Source: Fibrobacter sp.
Lineage (GTDB): Bacteria > Fibrobacterota > Fibrobacteria > Fibrobacterales > Fibrobacteraceae
Assembly (NCBI GenBank): GCA_024398845.1
Contig: JAKSIM010000001.1
Span: forward strand, 3,558 to 67,557
DNA length: 64,000 bases
Direction of reading: 5' to 3'
The translations under genes were made by a program, and so were the position numbers. The notes under the pieces were generated by a model. The model was not told where the DNA came from, ran no database searches, and saw only the letters and a list, made by a program, of their open reading frames with translations. Positions 9,565-19,675 of this stretch are shown piece by piece (position 1 is the first letter of the stretch; every line of letters begins with the position of its first letter).

Positions 9565-9701
9565 GTATCCAGACCCCACCCATACCCCACAAACGCACAA
9601 AAAAAAGCAAAAAGCCCAAAAAACATTATTTTATTCGGTTCTACGAAATTTTACACCCAAAACACTTTTCTTTTTTGAACATATTTGCTATTTTATGTGG
9701 C

Positions 9702-10484
9702 ATGAATTTCAAGCAAGCTAGTCTTTGCGTTGTTTTTCGCTTAATACGTATTGTGGGGATACTGCTCGTCATTTATGTGAGCATGGTATTTTACCTTGCA
9801 CTTACAGAGCGTCGCAACGCCTATCCGCGTGCCATTACGCACAAAGAGGCCGAAGCCGCCATTCAAGGCTCGGCCAAGACAATCCACTGTTCGCTTGAAG
9901 ACGGCACGGATCTCGAGGGATGGCTCATTGGCACGCCCAACACGCCTTCGTTACTTTATTACCCCGATGCAAACGAGGACGCCGCCCAGTTTTTAGCCGA
10001 GGTTCAAAACATCGAAGGTTACTCCCTTATAGCCTTCAACTACCGCGGAAGCGCCAACAACAAAGGAACGCCCTCATCTGAAAATTTCGGAACGGATGGT
10101 TCCGCCATTGCCGAATGTGCAAGTCAAATCAGCGGTCAAAAGCCCGCAAGCCTTGCGGGGCGCGGTACGGGAGCAATTCTTGCCGCCGAGCAATTGGGAA
10201 ACGACCAAACTCTCATCCTCATTGATCCCGTAGCAAGCATCGCCGACGCCATTGCGAACAAATACAGAGTTTTGTACCCAAAATTCTTGATAAGAGCCAA
10301 AGAAAAATTGCCTATAAACAAGCTAAAGCAACGCTCCAAACAAGTTATTTTACTTTCGGACCGCAAACAATTCTGTGACAGGAATCACAGCATCGAATTG
10401 CTTTTAGAGGGAATTACACACAAAAAAAGAGGCAACTCCCCCCTAAAAGAACAACTTACAAAAATACTATTCAAAGGCAAGTAA
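9702..10484 (+). CDS. membrane-anchored alpha/beta-hydrolase-fold protein, nucleophile missing
   Basis: N-terminal TM helix; LEDGTDLEGW, FNYRGS..NKGTPS motifs; GRGTG where GxSxG is expected. Confidence 0.75.
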   Translation: MNFKQASLCVVFRLIRIVGILLVIYVSMVFYLALTERRNAYPRAITHKEAEAAIQGSAKTIHCSLEDGTDLEGWLIGTPNTPSLLYYPDANEDAAQFLAEVQNIEGYSLIAFNYRGSANNKGTPSSENFGTDGSAIAECASQISGQKPASLAGRGTGAILAAEQLGNDQTLILIDPVASIADAIANKYRVLYPKFLIRAKEKLPINKLKQRSKQVILLSDRKQFCDRNHSIELLLEGITHKKRGNSPLKEQLTKILFKGK

Positions 10485-10676
10485 ACCGCACGTAAGCCTT
10501 ATTTTTAAAGGGGAGAACGACAATCAGCAAATAATTAATTTACACAAAATCCACAATACAAACGAAAATAGGTTTGCATTTTACAGCATTCTTGTTTTTA
10601 AAAAAAAACTTGCTTTTTCAAAATCATTTTGTTAATTTATTGCCAACAAAACAAATTAATCCAAAAGAGGTGTATA

Positions 10677-11360
10677 ATGGACAAATTCTCGATCAAGATG
10701 GACATTCGCGGATTCATTCGTTTCAGCGAAGACATTGCCAAGGAACTCAAGCTTGACAAAAACCCGTACGCAGACATTGAAGTAGATAAAGAAGGCAAGC
10801 GCATTGCCGTGACTCCGTGCAAGACCATCAAGACCACATCCTTCCGCTTTATGCCGAACGGCACCGGTTATCTCCTGTATTTCAAGGGCGCCATGAACGC
10901 CGTCGGTTTCAAGGTTGTTACCGGCGCCTACACCATGGTTAAGGAAGGTTCCAAGTTTGTATTCACCGGCAAGAACCCCGCCAAGAAGAAGGGCGCCTGG
11001 GAACTCATCGCCTGCCGTAACTCCGCCGGCATCCCGATGCTCTCCATCGACAGCCGCGGAACCATCATTTTCGACAAGCGCAGCTGCACTGCCGTCGAAA
11101 CCGTCAAGAACGACACGATGGTCGCCGAATACGACACCGCCAAGAAGACTTTCAAGCTGACCTTCAGCAAGAAGGGTTTTATCAACGTCCGTACCATTGC
11201 TAGCCACGCCAACGCATCCTTCATGGGCACGCTTTCTTCTCATGGAATCGCCCTCCCCAAGAAGAGCTTCCGCACCGCTTGCAAGATTGACGGCAAGGTC
11301 ATCACGTTCAGCGTCGCTCAGCTCGTTGCCGAACAGAAGGCTAACAAAAAGGCTAAGTAA
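10677..11360 (+). CDS. Lys-rich hypothetical protein with internal duplication
   Basis: GAGG SD before ATG 10677; strongly C-ending codons; two similar halves. Confidence 0.85.
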   Translation: MDKFSIKMDIRGFIRFSEDIAKELKLDKNPYADIEVDKEGKRIAVTPCKTIKTTSFRFMPNGTGYLLYFKGAMNAVGFKVVTGAYTMVKEGSKFVFTGKNPAKKKGAWELIACRNSAGIPMLSIDSRGTIIFDKRSCTAVETVKNDTMVAEYDTAKKTFKLTFSKKGFINVRTIASHANASFMGTLSSHGIALPKKSFRTACKIDGKVITFSVAQLVAEQKANKKAK

Positions 11361-11371
11361 TAGGCAATACA

Positions 11372-11806
11372 ATGATTGACGTCTTAAAAGTATTTTACCC
11401 AACCCACTACAATTTCGCGGCTCTCAGCATATTACTGCTGTTGCTGTTAATATACCTGCTGACCAAGAAAAATATCAAGTGGGGTCTTATCGTTTTGGCA
11501 ATCTTGTTGGTTTTCAACGTGGTATTGTACAAGCGCACCGAAGGTAAATCTTGGACAATCATTGTTGAACCCGAAAAGACCGACGACCCGTACATGCAAC
11601 CTCAGCCCCAAGAATTGACATTCTCAGCCGCAAAGAACTGGGAAATCGTCGACGAAAAGGGCGTCAAGCACCATTGGTGCTGGGTAGAAGTCTATTGGGA
11701 CAAGTTCGCCAGTACCGACCTCATCGCTAAAATCTGGGGATCCAACTCCAGCAAAAAGATGATGAAGTCGACCGAATCCCGCATGAACGAGGCTAGCGGC
11801 GAATAA
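11372..11806 (+). CDS. hypothetical membrane protein
   Basis: Two N-terminal hydrophobic helices; 11 nt after the upstream gene. Confidence 0.7.
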   Translation: MIDVLKVFYPTHYNFAALSILLLLLLIYLLTKKNIKWGLIVLAILLVFNVVLYKRTEGKSWTIIVEPEKTDDPYMQPQPQELTFSAAKNWEIVDEKGVKHHWCWVEVYWDKFASTDLIAKIWGSNSSKKMMKSTESRMNEASGE

Positions 11807-11809
11807 AGC

Positions 11810-12529
11810 CTAGAAAGATTCGACTTTCAGCCCGCCATTTTCCATACGGAGAAAGGCGGGCTTTTTTATGCACTCACCGGGAGAAGCGACAATACCGTTC
11901 TCCACGTTCCAAATACCCTGAATATGATGGTGCCCGTGGACGCAAATATCACAGTCCTTCTTTTTGAGGATACGATTGCCCCATTCCAGGTACTCTTCGA
12001 TATTGATAATATTGTTTTCGCCATACTTACGACTATTGCGACCAACAAAACGGGCAATTTTCATGCCGGTATCAGGATGGATTTGCCTAAATAGCCAACG
12101 ATTGAGCGGAAAATCGAGGATTTTTCGTAAAAAGCGATAACCGCGGTCCGATTTTGCAACGCCATCGCCATGGCGAAAATACATGCGCTTGCCCTGAATT
12201 TCAAGGACAAGTTCCTTATGAACTTGCACACCGAGATTCTTCGGGAAAAAATCACCATACGCAAAATCGTGATTGCCCTGTAGCAGGTGAACCTCGACAC
12301 CGGATTTCACCAGTTCCGCAAGCACCCGAAACAGCTCCATGTGCGCTGAGGCGACATAGTAGCGGTACTCGTACCAGAATTCAAAAAGGTCGCCAACAAT
12401 AACCACATGGCTCGCCGCCCCTTTCCAGGATTCCAGCAAGGACACAAGTTTCGCTTCCCTATCGGGAACGCATCCCGGAGGGTCTATACCCAAATGAGCG
12501 TCACAAAGAAAATACGCAGGTAATGACAT
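11810..12529 (-). CDS. lpxH: UDP-2,3-diacylglucosamine diphosphatase
   Basis: DAHLG, GDLFEFW, GNHD, HGDG and GHHH metallophosphoesterase motifs. Confidence 0.85.
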   Translation of the reverse strand: MSLPAYFLCDAHLGIDPPGCVPDREAKLVSLLESWKGAASHVVIVGDLFEFWYEYRYYVASAHMELFRVLAELVKSGVEVHLLQGNHDFAYGDFFPKNLGVQVHKELVLEIQGKRMYFRHGDGVAKSDRGYRFLRKILDFPLNRWLFRQIHPDTGMKIARFVGRNSRKYGENNIINIEEYLEWGNRILKKKDCDICVHGHHHIQGIWNVENGIVASPGECIKKPAFLRMENGGLKVESF

Positions 12530-12555
12530 TGTGCACAATATAATATATTATGTTC

Positions 12556-13119
12556 ATGTTTCGTTTAGCAAAACAAATTCTTATAGGCGCAAGCATCGTC
12601 TTGCTAGCCGGGTGTTCCGTGAATCTTTCCCAGGGGAACCTGGAGGGAGTCTCTCTTACCAATGAAAAGTACAGTTTTTTTGGGCAGATTCCCCTGATTT
12701 TCGGGAATGACACGATTCCGCTAAACGACAACCTGCTGCGAGCATACACGGCAACCGCGAGTGCCGAGGAGTTCCCGAGGGAACACTGCCGCGGAGTCGC
12801 GGCAGTCCAGGCTAAAGTTACGCGGAACGAACAGGGCAGCGCCTGGATCCTCGGCGCAGTCATCATCCCGATTTGGCCAGCCATGCCCGTAGACGAAACC
12901 TGGAACTACACTCTCACCGCACAAATCTTTTGCGACGGCACCCTCGTAAAGCATGTGGAATTCACCGAAGAAGAATCCGTAAAAGCCTTTTGGTACGGCA
13001 TGCTCCGTAGCGACCTCGTGAACGACGCCTCGAGCGAAATGCACCGCAAACTCGTGCAGAGACTCGCTTTTGAACTCGGGGAACGCGCCGCCGACCTCAA
13101 CAGCGCAAGCGACTACTAA
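12556..13119 (+). CDS. hypothetical lipoprotein
   Basis: Lipobox LLAGC; start 12556 or 12550. Confidence 0.7.
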   Translation: MFRLAKQILIGASIVLLAGCSVNLSQGNLEGVSLTNEKYSFFGQIPLIFGNDTIPLNDNLLRAYTATASAEEFPREHCRGVAAVQAKVTRNEQGSAWILGAVIIPIWPAMPVDETWNYTLTAQIFCDGTLVKHVEFTEEESVKAFWYGMLRSDLVNDASSEMHRKLVQRLAFELGERAADLNSASDY

Positions 13120-13138
13120 TTTTTTCTATTTTATGGCC

Positions 13139-13831
13139 ATGCATACTTTATACATCGTAGCAACCCCCATCGGGAACATGGAAGACATCACGTACCGCGC
13201 GGTACGCACCTTAAAAGAAGTGCCTCTGGTGCTCGCCGAAGACACGCGTCACACGAGGATTCTCTTTGACGCCTACGGCATCACCACCCCGATGGAAGCC
13301 TACCACGACTTCAACAAAGAAAAAGTCACCCCGAAGTATGTGGAATTCCTGAAAAACGAAGGCGACATAGCCCTCGTAAGCGACGCCGGAACTCCGGGTG
13401 TCGCCGATCCCGCCTTCAACCTTGTCCGCGAATGCGTGCGCGAAGGCATTGAAGTCCGCGCCGTTCCGGGCGCCTGCGCCATGATTACCGCCCTCGTGAG
13501 TAGCGGCATGCCTACGGACCATTTCACCTTCCAGTACTTTTCCCCAAAAAAGAGCGCCCAGCGCATCCACTTGCTCGAAAAGCTCAAGGATGGAGCCGAC
13601 GCCGAGACCACCCAGATTTTTTACGCCAGCCCGCATAACGTAGATAAGTTCGTCGAAGAAATCGGACAGGTTTTTGGCGACATCAAAATCGCCCTTATGC
13701 GCGAACTCACCAAGAAGTTCGAAGAGCACCTGATTGGAACTCCAACCGAAATCCTCGCCCACTTTAAGGCACACCCGCCCAAAGGCGAATTCGTGCTCAT
13801 CTTTAATCCGCAAGACAAATCTGGGCTCTGA
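13139..13831 (+). CDS. rsmI: 16S rRNA C1402 2'-O-methyltransferase
   Basis: LYIVATPIGN, AEDTRHT, VSDAGTP, RELTKKFEE, KGEFV. Confidence 0.95.
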   Translation: MHTLYIVATPIGNMEDITYRAVRTLKEVPLVLAEDTRHTRILFDAYGITTPMEAYHDFNKEKVTPKYVEFLKNEGDIALVSDAGTPGVADPAFNLVRECVREGIEVRAVPGACAMITALVSSGMPTDHFTFQYFSPKKSAQRIHLLEKLKDGADAETTQIFYASPHNVDKFVEEIGQVFGDIKIALMRELTKKFEEHLIGTPTEILAHFKAHPPKGEFVLIFNPQDKSGL

Positions 13832-13869
13832 CAATAAACCGTTAATAAAGAAAACGCTGATAGTTTAGA

Positions 13870-15795
13870 ATGAAGTTTGAAGCATTAAAAAAATATTTGA
13901 AGGGACTCCCGAAGGTTTACTGGATATATGCAATCCTTATCTTGATTGCAGAAATCATCGGTTTTGCAACGCATCCTGATGAGCCCGGGCTTTACACACA
14001 CAATACCCAGTTCTTGCCACTCGCGCTTGCGCTCCCTTTTTTTATTGCTCGCAACATCCGCAAAAACTTTCGACGTTCGCTGTACACCTACATTGCCTTG
14101 CAATTCAGCTTTTTAGCAGCCGACTACCTCATCTCTAGCCACGCGGGCCTTATTCAACTTACATTTACGTTTGTTCCCGCTTTTATTTTTTGGCTAGTCT
14201 TATTTGCCATTTGGAACGTTAAACAAATTAGGCAAGCTGACTCCCGCCGGGCCCTTTTACTCTCGGCCATCGCCTGGGGTTTATTCGCTTTCGCCTTCCC
14301 GCCGCTTCCGCTTGGCCCAGCAGCTCTTTTGCTCTTGGTTCCTTGGTTCATTGTGCTCAACCGTTATACCCGCGGTCAAGCCATTTTTGCCACGTTCTGG
14401 TCAGGAATGCTTTACAACACCATCAACTACTATTGGATTTACAACGTGATGAATGTGGAGACCGCCCCGTCAGGACTTATCTGTTTTGGCGTCATGCTCC
14501 TCATCGCGTACTTTAGCGCCTACAGCGTTCTCGCCGCCTTTATTTATTCCCTTGCCCGCGAAATCAAAATCAAGGGCCACGCGTGGCTTTTAATTCTCTA
14601 CCCGATTTTTTATGCAGGCCTTGAGATGACGCGTACCCGCGGGGACTTCGCCTTCCCTTGGAGCCACCTGGGCTACACCCTAGGCAGCAACCTCGAGCTT
14701 TTGCAAATGCTGAGCTTCATCGGAATTTTTGGGTACACCATTTTAATTATAGCCTCCAACATGATTGTGGCAAAAGCTCTTGAACGCCCAGGCATCAAGT
14801 CCAAATGGCCAATCTTTGCACCAGTCGCCATCTTTCTTGCATTGCTCATTCACGGAAGTATTGTTCTCTCGCGCCCCGAGGCTCAACCGTTTTATGGAAT
14901 AGACAACGAGAATTCCCCGAACATCGCCATGATTCAGCCAAGCATTAAGCAAGGCGAAAAATGGAGCAAGGCGCGCTTTTACTCCATCACGACCAAAACT
15001 TTTGGCATGATTAACGACAGCGTCCACCCCGGCACGAACATCATTATTCTCGCCGAGACGGCCATTCCCGACCACATTCGTCGTCAACCGGCCACCATAG
15101 ATCAACTTTTTGATTTGTCTAAAAAACACCACGCGGCCATTCTCACCGGCGCCCTGGATTTCAAACGCAACCCCAAAGGCAGCCCTCGCAAGTACGACAT
15201 CTACAACGCCTCATTCCTGTTTAGCGAAGACTATCCCAGCTACCAGCGCTACATTAAAAAGCATCTTGTTCCCTTTAGTGAACGCATCCCGTTTGACGAA
15301 ATCTTCCCCATTTTGAACTACGTAGATTTGGGAGAGGGAGACTTTGTTCCCGGCAAGGAAACACCCGTGTACGAGCCCTACAAGTGGACACCGTTCATTT
15401 GCTACGACGCCATTTTTGGCGACCTTGTACGCGAATCCATTAACGCCGGTTCCCGCCTCATGGTAAATATCACGAACGATGGTTGGTTCGGCAGAAGCAC
15501 AGCGCCCTTCCAGCACCTGAACCTGGTCCGCTACCGGGCCATTGAAAACGGCATTCCGGCCGCCAGACTTGCAAACAGCGGCATCTCGAGTTTTATTGAC
15601 CAGTACGGTCACTATAGCTTGAACACAGAAATCTTTACCGACCGCGTTATCCAGCGTAAAATGCAGCTCAAAACAAGAGACACGCTGTACCAGCATATTG
15701 GTGACAGCGTCGAGACGGCCCTCCTGTGGTTCTTCCTTGTATATGTAGTAGCTTGCTTTGCCGGTAAGGTCCTAGAAACTAGAGCAAAAGCATAG
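13870..15795 (+). CDS. lnt: apolipoprotein N-acyltransferase with extra N-terminal TM segments
   Basis: Catalytic E-K-C motifs (AETAIP, KKHLVPFSE, ICYD); TNDGWFG; RAIENG. Confidence 0.93.
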   Translation: MKFEALKKYLKGLPKVYWIYAILILIAEIIGFATHPDEPGLYTHNTQFLPLALALPFFIARNIRKNFRRSLYTYIALQFSFLAADYLISSHAGLIQLTFTFVPAFIFWLVLFAIWNVKQIRQADSRRALLLSAIAWGLFAFAFPPLPLGPAALLLLVPWFIVLNRYTRGQAIFATFWSGMLYNTINYYWIYNVMNVETAPSGLICFGVMLLIAYFSAYSVLAAFIYSLAREIKIKGHAWLLILYPIFYAGLEMTRTRGDFAFPWSHLGYTLGSNLELLQMLSFIGIFGYTILIIASNMIVAKALERPGIKSKWPIFAPVAIFLALLIHGSIVLSRPEAQPFYGIDNENSPNIAMIQPSIKQGEKWSKARFYSITTKTFGMINDSVHPGTNIIILAETAIPDHIRRQPATIDQLFDLSKKHHAAILTGALDFKRNPKGSPRKYDIYNASFLFSEDYPSYQRYIKKHLVPFSERIPFDEIFPILNYVDLGEGDFVPGKETPVYEPYKWTPFICYDAIFGDLVRESINAGSRLMVNITNDGWFGRSTAPFQHLNLVRYRAIENGIPAARLANSGISSFIDQYGHYSLNTEIFTDRVIQRKMQLKTRDTLYQHIGDSVETALLWFFLVYVVACFAGKVLETRAKA

Positions 15796-16417
15796 GCGGC
15801 CAGTGCCCGGCCTTGGGGCGTTCCTTAAAGCTAGCGTTAGGCAAAAGAGCCTTTAACTTAAGCGTCTGTACCGGCGGAACGGCCTGGTCCATACGACCAT
15901 AGACCACCTGGATGTTTTCGCCCCCCGCAACAGGCTCCGTTATTTTATGTGTAGCCAAATAGTTAATGCCATCGGCAAGTAAAGAGGCATCCATCTTTTG
16001 AGCAGCCTTACGCCAGTCCTCCTGCCACTCGCCGAATTCCTCCGATAGCTGTTCTTCAAATGAATTTAAAGCCGGGTCAACGGTTGAATGCATTTGACGG
16101 GCCATAAAAACCAAATTTTGTTCGGTCCAAGCCCCATCTTCATCACAAAAATCAGCAAAAGGCGATAGCAAAATCCATTTTTGCAGCTTTGGGCGGTTAG
16201 CAGCGTTCATCAGCATTAAAAAAGCGCCCATTCCCCACCCCACCACGGTCGGTGCAGTCAACATGCCAGGAATCTTGTACAAGTCGTTCAGGTTTTTGGC
16301 CATTTTTTCGTACGGCACAAAAACATGGTCAAAGGAAGGCTCAACATCGGTCAAGTCATCTTCCCATAAAGATAAATCCGAAGCCCAATCGGGCAACCAT
16401 ATCCACTTTTCACTCAT
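15779..16417 (-). CDS. BioH-like alpha/beta-hydrolase-fold protein, nucleophile missing
   Basis: LPDWAS, VGWGMG (GWSxG expected), YGRMDQAVP, AGHWP. Confidence 0.7.
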   Translation of the reverse strand: MSEKWIWLPDWASDLSLWEDDLTDVEPSFDHVFVPYEKMAKNLNDLYKIPGMLTAPTVVGWGMGAFLMLMNAANRPKLQKWILLSPFADFCDEDGAWTEQNLVFMARQMHSTVDPALNSFEEQLSEEFGEWQEDWRKAAQKMDASLLADGINYLATHKITEPVAGGENIQVVYGRMDQAVPPVQTLKLKALLPNASFKERPKAGHWPPMLLL

Positions 16418-16607
16418 ACCAAACTCCATCACTTTTTACATATAAACCGTCTCTTTTTTATTTCATCCAATTACAAAATATATAGCCTTAAAAAAAAAGG
16501 ACACCTTTTATAAAAAAAAATGGAAAAAAAGGTTTTTGCATAATCTTGAACACATTTTTAAAACATCGTTCTTGACTTTGTAAGAAGATTAAAATAATTT
16601 TCGTCTT

Positions 16608-17543
16608 ATGAGAACACAAGCCTTTATATTACTAGTACTTGCCATTATTTTAGGAACGTCTTGTTCCAGCGCCCCCAAGTACAAACCCGACCCTTCGATA
16701 ACGCAAAAAAAGGCTCAAAAGGCATATTCCGACTTGGACGAAGAAACCGGTTCCTCGCCCAAAACAGCCCCCGTCAATACTACAGCAACCACAATCACTG
16801 AAAGCGCTCCGGTGTCACAGCCAACTATCATGGTAATGCCCGTCAAAAACAGGCAAGGCGAAACAGAGTTAACCATGATGGAAGCCATTAACGGTTACCT
16901 CACCCAAAAGCGCTACGAGGTTAAGTCCCTCGAGGGCCAATCGGAACTTGATAACATCATCAAAATGCAAAACGACATTGCCGGTACCGAAGACGACCTT
17001 TCTTATTTGGCAAGCCTCGCCCTTGGAGCCGACATCTATATAAAGTTCTCGGGATCCATACAGCGCGATAACGTCATCGCCGAAGTCAGCGCTTACGAAA
17101 CCTCTACGGGCCGCCTATTGGGGAGCCAGATTGCCGAAGTCAAAAACAACGGTCATGTGAGTGAGACCAATTTGAGAGCTAACATGCAATCTGCCGCACG
17201 CAAGGCCATGCCGAACCTAGAGAAAAAAATCCTCGCCTACTGGAAAATGGACCTCGGTAAAGGCACCCAGTACAAGGTCGTTATGAACCTCAAGGGAGAA
17301 TACACGGACAGCCAAATCGAGGACCTTCAGGATTTTGCCATCAAAGCACTTAAAAACACCTTTAACAGCGTTACCATCAACGTTCAAACAAACAAGACGA
17401 TTGACGTCGTTGTATACGCCGACCCGCAAAAATACGCCGATTCCCAAGAAGTTTACAGCCAAATCAGAAACCTTTTTAAATCAATGACCGAAACCAAAAT
17501 GATCAGCATCAGCAAAAAACTGATTATGATGGACTTGAATTAG
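16608..17543 (+). CDS. lipoprotein (DUF6175-like)
   Basis: Lipobox GTSC; QPTIMVMP, GADIYIKF, AYETSTGRLLGS (CsgG/TolB-N-like). Confidence 0.65.
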   Translation: MRTQAFILLVLAIILGTSCSSAPKYKPDPSITQKKAQKAYSDLDEETGSSPKTAPVNTTATTITESAPVSQPTIMVMPVKNRQGETELTMMEAINGYLTQKRYEVKSLEGQSELDNIIKMQNDIAGTEDDLSYLASLALGADIYIKFSGSIQRDNVIAEVSAYETSTGRLLGSQIAEVKNNGHVSETNLRANMQSAARKAMPNLEKKILAYWKMDLGKGTQYKVVMNLKGEYTDSQIEDLQDFAIKALKNTFNSVTINVQTNKTIDVVVYADPQKYADSQEVYSQIRNLFKSMTETKMISISKKLIMMDLN

Positions 17544-17546
17544 TAT

Positions 17547-18767
17547 ATGAAACTTGCCACTGTAATATTCGCCTGCGCACTTGCAGCCCCGACCTTTGCC
17601 GGGCGCGTCATTACCTATACGGCAGTTTCTACCACCTCCCAGGAAGACGCCAATAACGCAGCCATGGCAGGTGTCGCAAAGCAGATTGTTTCGCAAGTCA
17701 ACGTGAACCAGACTTTTATCAAAAACGAGACCATCCAGAATGGCCAGGGAAAACTTGACGAAACCTTTTTCTCAAACAACAACGTCAAAAGCAACATAAA
17801 ACTCAAGGGCGTTACGATTGAACCCGTAAAAACGGACAGCAAAAAATTCAAGGCAACGGCAAAACTCGATATGGACGAATTCACCGCCGACATCCAATTT
17901 CAAATGAAGCAGATCAAGCGTGATATCGAAAACCTGGAGAGCAGCGCGCGCAAGGCCATTGCCGAAAGACTCTACGGAAAGGCGGCGAACGACCTGCAGT
18001 CGGCCAAGGACAAGCTCCCGCAATACGAGCGACTCCTGTGGAAGCTCAGTCAGGTTTACCCGCTCAACGAATCGCACCAGTTGCACCATGCACTTTCCGA
18101 AGTCGAAAACATGTTGCTCGCAAAACTTGCCGGCATAAAGTTGCAGGGGCCCACAGAAACTTTTGCACTCACCAAATCCGAAATGCCCGAATGGAATGTC
18201 GTAGTGACCGACAACCAGAGCACCCTTCCTAATTTTCCGCTTATCGCCAAACAGGGACGCCAGACTCTCGCCGAGAAACGGACTGCAAGCAACGGCACCG
18301 CTACGTTTTTACTTCGTAAAGTAAATTTTGAGACAGGTCCCTTTAGTATCACCGTATTGCCTAATCTACCGCTCGCCATTTTGAAGGCTTCCGGATTGGA
18401 CCAGGGGATTGAAGTTACGTATAAAGTCAGTAGAACACACTGCGACATTCGCCTTACCTGCAATAAAATCGCAAACCTTTGTCATGCCACCGAAGAAGCC
18501 CTGAGCAAGCGTTCCATATTTGCAGTTCATGACGAAAACGCCCCGGAACTCACCGTGGACTTTTCGACAGTCGCCAAGAATTCATTGACGGCGGGCAACA
18601 ATGTTTTGACGTCCTATGACATCGTCATTTCTTTTACAGGCAAAGCAGCAAACTACAGAGTTTCGACCAAGGGCGTTGGCAAAAACGAACTAGACGCGAC
18701 AATCAAGGCGGTACAAAAAGCCGACTTTACAGACCTGCAGAAGCAGCTCGCCCCGTATTGTAAATAA
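17547..18767 (+). CDS. LPP20-like secreted protein
   Basis: Signal peptide; SQEDANNAAMAGVAKQIVSQV motif; directly follows the upstream lipoprotein. Confidence 0.6.
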   Translation: MKLATVIFACALAAPTFAGRVITYTAVSTTSQEDANNAAMAGVAKQIVSQVNVNQTFIKNETIQNGQGKLDETFFSNNNVKSNIKLKGVTIEPVKTDSKKFKATAKLDMDEFTADIQFQMKQIKRDIENLESSARKAIAERLYGKAANDLQSAKDKLPQYERLLWKLSQVYPLNESHQLHHALSEVENMLLAKLAGIKLQGPTETFALTKSEMPEWNVVVTDNQSTLPNFPLIAKQGRQTLAEKRTASNGTATFLLRKVNFETGPFSITVLPNLPLAILKASGLDQGIEVTYKVSRTHCDIRLTCNKIANLCHATEEALSKRSIFAVHDENAPELTVDFSTVAKNSLTAGNNVLTSYDIVISFTGKAANYRVSTKGVGKNELDATIKAVQKADFTDLQKQLAPYCK

Positions 18768-18865
18768 ACCTGCTATTTTGCAAACCACTTGCTATTTTGC
18801 AAACCACCTGCTGTTTTACAAAACAGCTATTCTATTGCAACAACCCACTTGCATATTTGCTAAAT
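18768..18865. repeat. 19-bp tandem repeat, 3 copies plus degenerate copies
   Basis: ACCTGCTATTTTGCAAACC, ACTTGCTATTTTGCAAACC, ACCTGCTGTTTTACAAAAC, later ACTTGCATATTTGCTAAAT. Confidence 0.85.
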
Positions 18866-18872
18866 TGCAACT

Positions 18873-19643
18873 GTGCGTTTGGCTAAATCCATAAAGATAT
18901 TTTTGTGCATCGTCGTTGCGTGCGTCGCAGCGGCCTTGGCCGATTATATTCCCACACGTCCACACCACAGCTACGTTTACGACGAAAACCGCTTAATGTC
19001 GGCCCAGCAGGTGGAATACTTTAACCAGCTTGCCGAGGAACTCTACCGCAAAGCGGGAGTCGGGCTAGCCGTAGCCCTCGTCGATGACGTAGGCATTAGC
19101 GACGCCCGTGCCTTTGCCACAGAAACAGCCCACAAGTGGGGCATTGGCGGCAAGACCGACGAAGGCATTTTGATTTTTGTAGCCCTCAAGCAACGCCGCC
19201 GCAGTGTTGAAGTCGGCTACGGCGCCGAGGGATACCTTCCCGACGTACTCGTCGAGCGATTGCAGCAGCAGTACCTTATACCCGCGTTTCGAAAAGAGAA
19301 GTACGGCGAAGGCGTTTTGCTGTTGGCCTACGGTTTAGCCCAGATAGTCGCCCAAGAAAAAGGCTTTACACTTGAAGTCGACGCGACGAACGTTCCCGGT
19401 GAAGAACCCATGACCCCCCAAGGCTGGATTTTTATCGTTGTCGTATTTTTGCTTTTAATGAGCGCACGCGGTAGAGGCGGACTCTTTTACTTTTTACTCG
19501 GATCCATGCTGAGCAGCAACCACCACAGGCACGGAGGCTTTGGCGGAGGTGGCTTTGGAGGCGGTTTTGGCGGACACGGCGGGTTCGGAGGCGGGTTCGG
19601 TGGAGGACGCTTTGGCGGAGGCGGATCCGGAGGAAGCTGGTAA
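18873..19643 (+). CDS. TPM domain protein (YgcG-like)
   Basis: WGIGG.TDEGIL, VEVGYGAEGYLPD, Gly-rich tail ending GGGGSGGSW. Confidence 0.9.
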   Translation: MRLAKSIKIFLCIVVACVAAALADYIPTRPHHSYVYDENRLMSAQQVEYFNQLAEELYRKAGVGLAVALVDDVGISDARAFATETAHKWGIGGKTDEGILIFVALKQRRRSVEVGYGAEGYLPDVLVERLQQQYLIPAFRKEKYGEGVLLLAYGLAQIVAQEKGFTLEVDATNVPGEEPMTPQGWIFIVVVFLLLMSARGRGGLFYFLLGSMLSSNHHRHGGFGGGGFGGGFGGHGGFGGGFGGGRFGGGGSGGSW

Positions 19644-19675
19644 ACACGCGCCACCACATAGCACGTAAACTCAAG

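Noticed and set aside
16488-16540. Poly-A tracts as a phase-variation switch
   Set aside because: A-runs are common in all intergenic regions here; no specific support without read data
18768-18865. Possible mini-CRISPR array
   Set aside because: Units are directly adjacent with no unique spacers, and there are no cas genes in the window
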